A stretch of DNA of 63,925 nt, counting the filler, from Trichomonas gallinae (taxonomy: Eukaryota): the NCBI GenBank assembly GCA_008369845.1. It is 8 parts of 8 records of this genome, joined end to end, with 100 filler letters (N's around TTAATTAATTAA, not from the genome) between each part and the next. Parts side by side here need not be neighbours in the genome. Positions count along the whole stretch, not along the records: positions 55,403 to 59,896 come from MRSU01000569.1; positions 59,997 to 63,925 come from MRSU01000575.1; 6 more parts are not named here. One strand, written 5' to 3'. Positions 55,403 through 63,925 of this stretch are shown here, piece after piece. The notes below the pieces were generated by a model. That model was given only the letters and a program-made list of their open reading frames with translations. It made no database searches and was not told where the DNA came from. The stretch's first letter is position 1; each line of letters starts with the position of its first letter. Position numbers and translations under genes: made by a program.

Positions 55403-55473
55403 CTCCCGTGTGGATCGAACACACGACTTCCAGATTAACAGTCTGACACTCTAACCAACTGAGTTAGGGAGGA
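55403..55473 (-). tRNA. tRNA-Asn (GTT), last 3' bases lost in the gap
   Basis: Reverse complement TCCTCCC TA ACTC AGTTGGTTA GAGT G TCAGA CTGTTAA TCTGG AAGTC GTGTG TTCGATC CACAC GGGAG folds into a cloverleaf with a GTT anticodon. Confidence 0.95.
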
Positions 55474-56111
55474 TTTACATTTTCTTTCATTTATTATAAA
55501 TCTAGGATAATAATATTTTAGATATACATCCAAAATTACACGAATCTCTATGGACATAGACATTATCTCTCTTTATTTAGAATAACTCTCTCAGAGTCAC
55601 TCTTTTCGGTCATTATAACTTTGCTTCGCTCTTTATCTCAACTATATTATCAAAGATTTTAATTAAATTTTTGTCATTTGACATGTAAACTATTTATTTT
55701 ATCATTTACATTTTACTCGGAAACATTCATTATTAACCTTACCAATATAATTGATATTGGTTATTTAATATAAATATCTATTGCAAATTAGATGATAATT
55801 ATAATCGAAAAAATCTTGAAAAATATATGTTAAAATCTTCAAAGCGCAACTAGCATATAACATTATTACTACATGACTAATATATTAAAGCTAGTAATAG
55901 CCACATTGTTTCATATTATATTTTCGCTGAAATAATATTTTCAACAAATAGATGAAATTATGATAAACATGTGTGTGAATTTTTGAAATAAATGCGTAGG
56001 TAGGAGCTGTTGGGTGGAATATGCGAAAATTTCATTGAATTTTTTTTCGAAATTTTTATCCATAGAAAAAATAAAAAGTGTCGAACGATTATTTTTAATC
56101 GTCATTATTTG

Positions 56112-57011
56112 ATGTTTATCAGAGCTGTCCCCAATGACAAGATGGACAAAGGGCTCGAAAGACAATCGTCTCCCCCCAGCGAAGAGTATTCGCAAACTTC
56201 TATCCAACAGAAAGCAGCAAAATACAAAACAGCGCTTAATAAAGGAGGCAAGCGGCTTCCGAGCTATGCGTACGAACAAGTCGATACTGCGAGCGATATA
56301 GAGTACCTACGTAAACAGCAGAGTCTCAAAAATGAGAAACTCGACGAGCTTCAAAATGGTGGGCATGGCAAAAGGGCAAGAACATCTGCAAAGTGCCCCC
56401 CTGAGTTTATACATCAGAAAGAAACACCAGAGATGCATGACATAAGGAAAATGCCCGATGTTCAGATAGAAAATCATTCATCTCCTAAAAAAGAAGAATT
56501 AAAGTCAGCGCCTATAACTCCTTTAACAGCAACTGCAAATTCTCAGCAAAAATCGCGCTTAACAGTACAATTCAATGTTCCTCCACAATCTGCCCGTGAA
56601 ATCTTCAGGCCACCCACTCCAATACCTTTCATGCACAGAGTTAACTCGTTGCCTTTCGTTTCGGCGCCTGATGATCCATTTGAGAATCCTAACGATTTTC
56701 TTCATGTTGGACTGACAGAGGCTGCTCCCTTTGAGATGTCTTTCAATACACCCAATATTTCTCGTTCAAATTCGATCTCTCAGAAGTCAATACAATTGGA
56801 TTCGGAATATTTACCTCCATTAGACCTCGATATACCTCCATACCAGCGCATAGAGTCACCATTGTCTCCTAGGATGTCGCCATCGATTAGAGAAAGGACA
56901 CCAATATACGGAATATATCCAATAGAAAGAAAGAAACCGTTTTACAAGAAAACATGGTTTTATGTTGTTATGTTTTTGTTAATTGTTTTGCTAATTATCG
57001 GCTCATTGTAA
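56112..57011 (+). CDS. Hypothetical Pro/Ser-rich tail-anchored protein
   Basis: ATG 56112 follows Inr TCATT; C-terminal KKPFYKKTWFYVVMFLLIVLLIIGSL forms a TM helix. Confidence 0.75.
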   Translation: MFIRAVPNDKMDKGLERQSSPPSEEYSQTSIQQKAAKYKTALNKGGKRLPSYAYEQVDTASDIEYLRKQQSLKNEKLDELQNGGHGKRARTSAKCPPEFIHQKETPEMHDIRKMPDVQIENHSSPKKEELKSAPITPLTATANSQQKSRLTVQFNVPPQSAREIFRPPTPIPFMHRVNSLPFVSAPDDPFENPNDFLHVGLTEAAPFEMSFNTPNISRSNSISQKSIQLDSEYLPPLDLDIPPYQRIESPLSPRMSPSIRERTPIYGIYPIERKKPFYKKTWFYVVMFLLIVLLIIGSL

Positions 57012-57261
57012 ATTAAATGTTTTTTGTGATTAAATTATACCAAATATTCATTAAACTAGTGCCACACCATATCATTTTTTCAAATCATAATTCAATATTT
57101 TTTGATAAATTTTTTATTGAAAATATCTTTTTGATTTTGTTATATTCAGTTGCTATGCTGCAATAAATAGGGAATTATATAAGATTTTGATTCAAATTTC
57201 GATAAATATTATAAAAGATATTTCTCTAATTTACATAATTATATACAATACATACAAACAT

Positions 57262-58011
57262 TTATAATACAAAATCATCTGGTTCAGTTTCGTCATCAGT
57301 AGAATCCGTTAATATTGTATAACGCAACCATTGGATTCTCATCGTAAGATTTTCATTTTTACGCTTTTTTCGTTGATCTGGTGGTAGTGGATCTGGGTAT
57401 TCTGATGGAGGTTTTCGATTTTCTTCTTCTAATTTCTTTTCTTCGCTTTCTTGGACAATTCTGAGTAGTTTTTTCTGCTCTCTCCAGTCCATGCGCCTAG
57501 ATTTTTGAACAATAACTATTTTCATTCTTTCATCAATTTCATCTTTTAATTCTTTTGAGCTTTCTTCGGAAAGCATTTCTTCAGGTAGATCATAAACTCG
57601 ATGCTCCCAAAACGTTGGTACATGATTTTCATCTCGGGGCAAATAATATGTAAATTCGTAACCTAATTCATGTGGCTCTGGCTCAAAATCGGGCATAATT
57701 GTATATAATTCTGCAACAGATTCAGTAGCGCATTCATATCTATGAAAATCGCCTCTGATTCGTCTTTCTAGAATTTCAAGCGGTTTGTGAAATGATAAAT
57801 ACAATGAAAGGTCTTGTGGAGTATCTGTAACTATTCGAGGTTGTGGAATTTCTGCTAATTCGAACGATGGCGTTGGAATTATTTCTGGAACATTTGAATT
57901 TGCATTCATTCCTGGTTTAAAGTTTACAGCCTTGGTTTGGTCATTTTTTGGCTTCCCATCCTGTCGGTATCTTGGATCACCTCCAAGAAGTTTTGGAGGA
58001 TCACCATTCAT
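57262..58011 (-). CDS. Hypothetical protein
   Basis: 249-aa ORF with coding-like composition. Confidence 0.7.
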   Translation of the reverse strand: MNGDPPKLLGGDPRYRQDGKPKNDQTKAVNFKPGMNANSNVPEIIPTPSFELAEIPQPRIVTDTPQDLSLYLSFHKPLEILERRIRGDFHRYECATESVAELYTIMPDFEPEPHELGYEFTYYLPRDENHVPTFWEHRVYDLPEEMLSEESSKELKDEIDERMKIVIVQKSRRMDWREQKKLLRIVQESEEKKLEEENRKPPSEYPDPLPPDQRKKRKNENLTMRIQWLRYTILTDSTDDETEPDDFVL

Positions 58012-58231
58012 CCAAATGCTTTATCTAGAAATGTATTCATAAATAATAAGTCTATATGGTATTGTAAAATATTTTCATATTTAAACTTGATTTGAATCAG
58101 AATTAAAAATTTTCGAATTTAAATATATCTGCAAATATAGAAAGTCTTCGTTATATTAATCATAAAAATAGAAAATATACTATAAAACTATAGTAATATT
58201 TTAATTCATAATAACAAAACATTTAAAAAGT

Positions 58232-59128
58232 CTAAATAAGACCATCATTGATGCTGTGTGTCCTGTCTGGGACAGAATCAGAATCTTTGTCTTGAGCATT
58301 CATTAAACTCCAAATTATTAGAAGATAAATCACGTTATTATTAAATCTGTTAAAAAGTTCGATGAGCATAATAACCCAGTAATGATTTTGGAATTTATCA
58401 TGATATTGTTTTTGCGCAAACGTTATTGGAAAATTAATTATTGTAAATGTAATGCAGAGAACGTGTAAAACACGCAGTCTGAGTAGCATTGATTGCGAGA
58501 AGAAATCTTTGATATGAGAAAAGAATAAAATCCAAGTTAAATAAGTTAACAAAATAATGTAACATATAAGATAAGCAAGTCCATCCGCATTTATAAGTTG
58601 TTCATGAAAAAGCCAATTGGTGAATATTGTATTCGGTAAAAATGAAAATAGTAATCTTATCGAAATTATTATTGAAAAGTAGGCGAAATAGAATCTAATG
58701 AGATATGTTAGGTATTTGTTGAACTTAGTTTCAAGTATTTCCATTATTGAGAGAAATTGATGATAAAATAAAAGATAAAACAAGTAGAAGCATGTGTAAA
58801 TTGTAAAATATAGCTTGAATTGTGTAGTGTTTTTCACCTGATGAAAACTGTCGTAAGCAAATTTATTTGAAAAAATATATAATTGCTCTAGACATACTTT
58901 ACCTACGCAAAACGTGATGCCTGGAAGACCAAAACCCTTTCCAAAACTACTTCTTTGTCTAAATGCAAATGCTGCGTAATATAAAAAAAATGTGCAAAAA
59001 ATTAGGTCAACGATCGAATCAAATATATCGGCAGCATGATTACAGCCACCATAAATGCTATATATCGTGCAGTGTTTATTGAAAAATATATCACTGAACC
59101 GATCAGGAATAACGAAGCCGACGATCAT
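58232..59128 (-). CDS. Hypothetical multi-pass (about 7 TM) membrane protein
   Basis: 298 aa with 6-7 hydrophobic segments and a short polar tail. Confidence 0.7.
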   Translation of the reverse strand: MIVGFVIPDRFSDIFFNKHCTIYSIYGGCNHAADIFDSIVDLIFCTFFLYYAAFAFRQRSSFGKGFGLPGITFCVGKVCLEQLYIFSNKFAYDSFHQVKNTTQFKLYFTIYTCFYLFYLLFYHQFLSIMEILETKFNKYLTYLIRFYFAYFSIIISIRLLFSFLPNTIFTNWLFHEQLINADGLAYLICYIILLTYLTWILFFSHIKDFFSQSMLLRLRVLHVLCITFTIINFPITFAQKQYHDKFQNHYWVIMLIELFNRFNNNVIYLLIIWSLMNAQDKDSDSVPDRTHSINDGLI

Positions 59129-59292
59129 ATTCAGCTATTAAAATTTTGATTATCGTAATTTGTCATGTAAATTTTTCCGACTTAAAATAATATATATGAT
59201 ATGAAGTTTTAATTTGAAATTTAATGCATTCAATATAATTTTGTAATGTAAAATTATAAAAAACTACAAATCATGCTAATATTAATAGTCAT

Positions 59293-59382
59293 TAGGGATG
59301 TGCGAGCTGACCGTATAGTGATGAATTCACTGATCGTGGATTCGGGATTCGCTCATGACAAGTTCGAATTGGTACATCCATA
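59293..59382. mobile_element. ~90-bp hAT-like MITE; a related partial copy starts at 60368
   Basis: TIRs TAGGGATGTGC / GTACATCCATA (9/11 complementary) flanked by TAGTCAT / TAATCAT. About 42 bp are repeated with a few substitutions at 60368-60409. Confidence 0.55.
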
Positions 59383-60886
59383 TAATCATTCGAATTTGGG
59401 AATTCCATTTTGTCATGTAATGTATTTAATATAAAATTTGTCATGTAAATTTTATATTCTTAAATCTATATAAATATTAAGACCTTTTTATTGTCCCAAA
59501 CTTTGCTAGTATGTTATATATACTAATATAATTATATTTTTTTTAGTTTGGGAAAAATTACCAAACACATTCCAAAATTTGAACGTTTCGAGGTATTTTT
59601 GCCAATTTACAAATTAAAAAAATTCTGATAATACGATCATTATTTTGATGGAAATCAAAATTGAATAATTTTTTTCAAAAGCTAAAATTATATAATTATA
59701 TCACCATGCAGATATCAATAATTTTATGAACTTATTAAAATTTACATTTTTTATATATCAATTGCATTTTTGCATTGGTAACAAACGTATCAACATTTAA
59801 AACGTCCGTAATCTAATACAGGCACAAGATTTTTCACAGGAGCATTCAATTAATCTCAGGACACGTAAACCATTCAAATATGACAAAATGGATAGCNNNN
59901 NNNNNNNNNNNNNNNNNNNNNNNNNNNNNNNNNNNNNNNNTTAATTAATTAANNNNNNNNNNNNNNNNNNNNNNNNNNNNNNNNNNNNNNNNNNNNGCAT
60001 AATTTGGTGATCAATGCGTTTATGATGATCTATGTAACTAATTTTTCATAAAAGAATTAAAATAGAACTTTTTTCAGGAATCAAAAAAATCGAAAAATTT
60101 TGAAAACCTCTCATGGATTCGCAAGATTTTGGATTGGAACATTCACGTAGTCATTCTCCGGAGGCCGCCATTTTTTTTTTTTTTTTTGACAAAATTTGGT
60201 CCGAGTTTAGTTAAAATGCGTCACTTTTCAGTAGCGTAGTTTAATTATATAACAAAAATAGGATCCAAATTCTCTGATTAAATATCTAAAAATTTTTGAG
60301 AACTCTTCTCAGTTTATTTAGCTCAATTGGTAAGTCTTTTACATTCTATAGATTCAAAAGACTATGTTAGGGATGTGCGAACTGGCCGTTTAGTGATGGA
60401 TTCGCTGATAAAAAACGATAGCGCAACTTTGTCCGAAAATCTATGTTTCTGCAAAAATCTATGTTATTTTCTCAAAAGCTATGTGTACGTTTGCTATAAA
60501 CTATACTTTTTTCAGAATACCTAATGTTTTTATAAAAAGGTCTATTCATATAATGCTTGATGGTCAAAATAATAATAAAAATTTCAATATTGATGATATT
60601 ATATCACAACATATCATGAAGTTGTTTATCTTAAATATATATATTTTGGATAAATTAAATATTTACATGATTAACGAAAGAACATTTTATGATGCATATA
60701 TTAAAGCTGTCTTGACATATATGCTTTTTATTTATATGTCAAGACAGTTTATTTATTTATTTATGATGCATATATTAAAACTAATGAGTAGATGCAATAT
60801 TAAATCTGTAATAGTACTGTGTAATCGATCATAATAAAAAGCTTCTGCAATAAATTAGTTTTGCATTTGAATAATATAGCTTAAAT

Positions 60887-63625
60887 CTATTTGTGCATAA
60901 CAATGATAATGTCATTTGAAGTGATGTTGACATCATCATTAACACGAATGCATTCATGACCATGAACAATGTAAAGAATGTTGTTGCTGCTGTAATGACG
61001 GTCGACCTGACGAGACAAAGACGAGCCTGTTCCACATCGAAATGGAACAAGGAAAGGTTCGCCGCTGATGATGTACGTGTTGTCGCTCTTGACTTTACCA
61101 ACACAAAGTCGCAGAAAGTCTTCGCGTGGAATGTCAACCTGTGAATCCGGGACACGCTCGACTCTGATAAATGATGTTGAAGCCTTAAGATGTGACTCGA
61201 TATTGTCTTCGAGGTCGCAAATGTGGACAATAATTCCACGATCGATGACGAGAAACCGGTAGATGCTGCCATCATCGATGATATTTTCATTGATAAACTT
61301 GCTCAAAACATCTGTGAATGTTGAACCTTTCTTGATCTCAATGCGATGTTTGCTCCCATATAATTTTGATGCAGGAACGAAAACGAACAAACAGACAAAA
61401 CTGTCGTGTGAATGTGTTTCATATTTCAAGCTCATGCTCACACCTTCGCAAAAATGAAATTCGTCGGGCAAAGAAAAATCTTGTGAATCAACAAGATTCA
61501 TTTCTTCTGTTTTGACTCCAAAATGTTTGCTGATTTCTCCTTTCACGAATTCTAAACTAACATCGCTCTTGAATAAGAAATTGTTGTTGCTGATGTTTAT
61601 CTTCACCCTTCGCTTAAAATCATTATAATAATCAACAAAATTATGATTTTCGTGCTCGTCGTCAATGAAGATGAATGATTCACTGATGCTTTTAATGCTG
61701 AATTCATGGTCAAAATCAATGCCTTGGTCAATTTCGAAACAAATGATGTCGCCATTCGATAAATTGAGCTGATCAATGGATTCTTCTGGTTTCAACTCGA
61801 GTATCATTGTCAACCCAACTAAATAGGCATTGAAATTATATTTCTCTGATTTGAGATTGACCTCTTCTTTGACAAGATTGAACAAATCGTTCATAGTCTT
61901 ATTCTTATCGATGAGATGTGATGAAATGAACTGAATCGGATATTTTTCATTACAAAAGTAAAAGTGGACAAACAAAATGATTTCATTTTCTTGAGCATCA
62001 CGTGAGAATTCGCCTGATTTCATTCGCTCGACATATAAAGTCTTAGGGAGTTCTGAGATTTTGCGTTTGTCGTCTGGAGGAATGCTTGATGAAAGTTTGC
62101 AGCCTGAGCCAACAGACCAAAGCCTGATATCATGAAGATCGCACTGAAACTCGTAGCATATCCGATGATAAAGATTGGAAAGCGTGACATCACCTTCGAT
62201 GAAGATGGACTTACGGTGAGTTGTGGAAAGGAGAGAAGGCTTTGATAGTAGAGCGTTGTTGATAAGAGTCTCTTCTGATAATATGAAAAACTGTTTCTCG
62301 ACTTCTTTAGAATCAAACTTTTTGTCTAACTCGCTGAATAAAATAGGATTGATCTCGCTGTCGTCGATGTCATTGAAGACACTAACAATGCTGTTTGATT
62401 TAACATAGACGAGCAAATAGGCGCTGCTCCACTTGAACCGCCCGTTCTCGTTTTTACCCCCATAGTTTTTATCATAAACTGAGTTTTTGTCGGCGACTGA
62501 AACTTTAGAATCATTGAAGAAGAAGAATTCGGTATCTTGGCCTGGCCTGATGTATGCAGTGTAGTGGCCGCTGTTTGGACCACCGCTGTGGATGATGACT
62601 TGGAAAAGCTCATAGTCGACCCCAGAAACATTAAGATGAGGTTGATATGAAAAGTAGTCATTCACTTTCCAGTTCTGCTTCTTATCAACATTGTAAACGA
62701 TTCGTCGCAGGTGGAAAATGAAGACATCGGGAAGTCTGATGAAATTGTAGCCCCCAATCTCAAGTGCAGCCAAACTAGTTTCGATGCTGTCAACGTTCTG
62801 GACAACGAGCTGAACATCGTAAAATGTTGAATCGAGTCCATTAAGAAAATTTTTGCCTTCGATTGGACGAATTGATTCTGGAACGCTTCGTGACAAGATG
62901 TCGATTAGTGTGTGCAGCGTCTCCTCGGCATCACGCATCTCACTGACGTCTGATTCGTTCCAGCCGAGGCAAGATGTTAAGTTTTCCGTTGATGAGACTT
63001 TGTCGATGTATTTCATGCGGAAGAAAAGTCGCTGCAGCGCATTAACTTGGATGTCGTCGCTTTTTGACTTCAAAACACTATTTCGAAGCTGAGGAATGTG
63101 AAATAGCATTTGGAGGGCGACATTTAGATGACAAGTGTTCGACTGGTTGATGAGTCCACAATAAGCGTTGTTTTGAACGCTCTTGTGTATGTCTGTAACC
63201 TCGCTTAAGAAGTTGATTTGTGTCTGATTTTGCGGAATTTCGATTTTCTTTGATTTCTTTTGTTGGATAACAGATGTATTTGCATGTTGTATTGCAATCT
63301 TGAAGTCGATTGTATCGGATTTGATTATATTTGCACGTTGCAAATCTTGAAAAGAAGCTGAAAATTTGCAAATTAATCGGAAAACAGTATTATTGATTGT
63401 TTCGGTTACATTACATGTAACAGTTTTGGAAGAGACTATCTTTGCCGTGATTTTTATCTTCATACTTTTAACTGGTTTAACGAATTCAACTATTATATAA
63501 AATTTTTTCTCTCCTTTCGAGGAACGGGTAGATATCACATGAAATTGTTGCCCATCGAACTCGAATGGACCCACTCTCTCTTCCTGTTTGTCACTCGGAA
63601 CAGAGAGTGAAAAGCATTCTTCCAT
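60887..63625 (-). CDS. Ubiquitin C-terminal hydrolase, peptidase C19, USP7-like
   Basis: Cys box GLINQSNTCHLNVALQMLF; His box VIIHSGGPNSGHYTAY...FNDSKV...SAYLLVY; MATH-like N-terminus and UBL-like C-terminal region (IRLW, LNLSNGDIICF). Confidence 0.92.
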   Translation of the reverse strand: MEECFSLSVPSDKQEERVGPFEFDGQQFHVISTRSSKGEKKFYIIVEFVKPVKSMKIKITAKIVSSKTVTCNVTETINNTVFRLICKFSASFQDLQRANIIKSDTIDFKIAIQHANTSVIQQKKSKKIEIPQNQTQINFLSEVTDIHKSVQNNAYCGLINQSNTCHLNVALQMLFHIPQLRNSVLKSKSDDIQVNALQRLFFRMKYIDKVSSTENLTSCLGWNESDVSEMRDAEETLHTLIDILSRSVPESIRPIEGKNFLNGLDSTFYDVQLVVQNVDSIETSLAALEIGGYNFIRLPDVFIFHLRRIVYNVDKKQNWKVNDYFSYQPHLNVSGVDYELFQVIIHSGGPNSGHYTAYIRPGQDTEFFFFNDSKVSVADKNSVYDKNYGGKNENGRFKWSSAYLLVYVKSNSIVSVFNDIDDSEINPILFSELDKKFDSKEVEKQFFILSEETLINNALLSKPSLLSTTHRKSIFIEGDVTLSNLYHRICYEFQCDLHDIRLWSVGSGCKLSSSIPPDDKRKISELPKTLYVERMKSGEFSRDAQENEIILFVHFYFCNEKYPIQFISSHLIDKNKTMNDLFNLVKEEVNLKSEKYNFNAYLVGLTMILELKPEESIDQLNLSNGDIICFEIDQGIDFDHEFSIKSISESFIFIDDEHENHNFVDYYNDFKRRVKINISNNNFLFKSDVSLEFVKGEISKHFGVKTEEMNLVDSQDFSLPDEFHFCEGVSMSLKYETHSHDSFVCLFVFVPASKLYGSKHRIEIKKGSTFTDVLSKFINENIIDDGSIYRFLVIDRGIIVHICDLEDNIESHLKASTSFIRVERVPDSQVDIPREDFLRLCVGKVKSDNTYIISGEPFLVPFRCGTGSSLSRQVDRHYSSNNILYIVHGHECIRVNDDVNITSNDIIIVMHK

Positions 63626-63925
63626 ATAACAATCAGTAATAAGTCAGGCGATGAAGTTTTTGTTGACAAGTAGTCTTGGTTATGTATTAAATATAGTTAG
63701 AAAATTTACCAAAAACAAAAAATCAATTTTTTCATACAAATTAATGACTAATAACCTTCTTTCTTATAAATATATATTAAATATGTTCTAAACTATAATA
63801 CTATCTATTTTAATTTATATACTGCATCATGAATTTAATTTCAAAAAAAGGTATTGCAACTCAGAACCTTATTTTAACGGACGAAACCCAATGGAGCGAA
63901 AGTAAGCTGTGACATACTAAAACCA

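Overview
AT-rich, apparently intron-less eukaryotic DNA from a trichomonad (Parabasalia, Trichomonas-like). This is inferred from TCA(T/C)(T/A) initiator elements just upstream of many ATGs, two IBP39-type initiator-binding-domain genes, an R2R3 Myb, a DUF3447-type ankyrin protein and giant coiled-coil genes. The window is not contiguous: seven artificial 100-nt linkers (N44-TTAATTAATTAA-N44) join eight contig segments, so adjacency across them carries no information. It holds about 25 intact genes: VAMP7-like SNARE, AP sigma, Tubby, U2AF65-like, profilin-like, CCDC146/MBO2, eS21, transporters, USP7-like, a CAMK-type pseudokinase and others. There is also a partial EF-1alpha, a tRNA-Asn(GTT) and several pseudogene remnants. 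The most notable observations are: (1) a GC-enriched, highly self-complementary ~165-nt intergenic island with a nested pseudoknot downstream of an Inr, a candidate novel structured ncRNA (46121-46286); (2) a decayed R2/NeSL-type retrotransposon with a restriction-like endonuclease, whose truncated 5' end abuts a promoter-like segment ending in CAG|GTATGT; (3) a Bacteroidetes-like PfkB kinase under host promoter elements; (4) a recurrent TTTACAYGWCAAA upstream motif, amplified into arrays; (5) several DNA-transposon termini or MITEs. All family assignments come from recognising motifs by eye; no searches were run.
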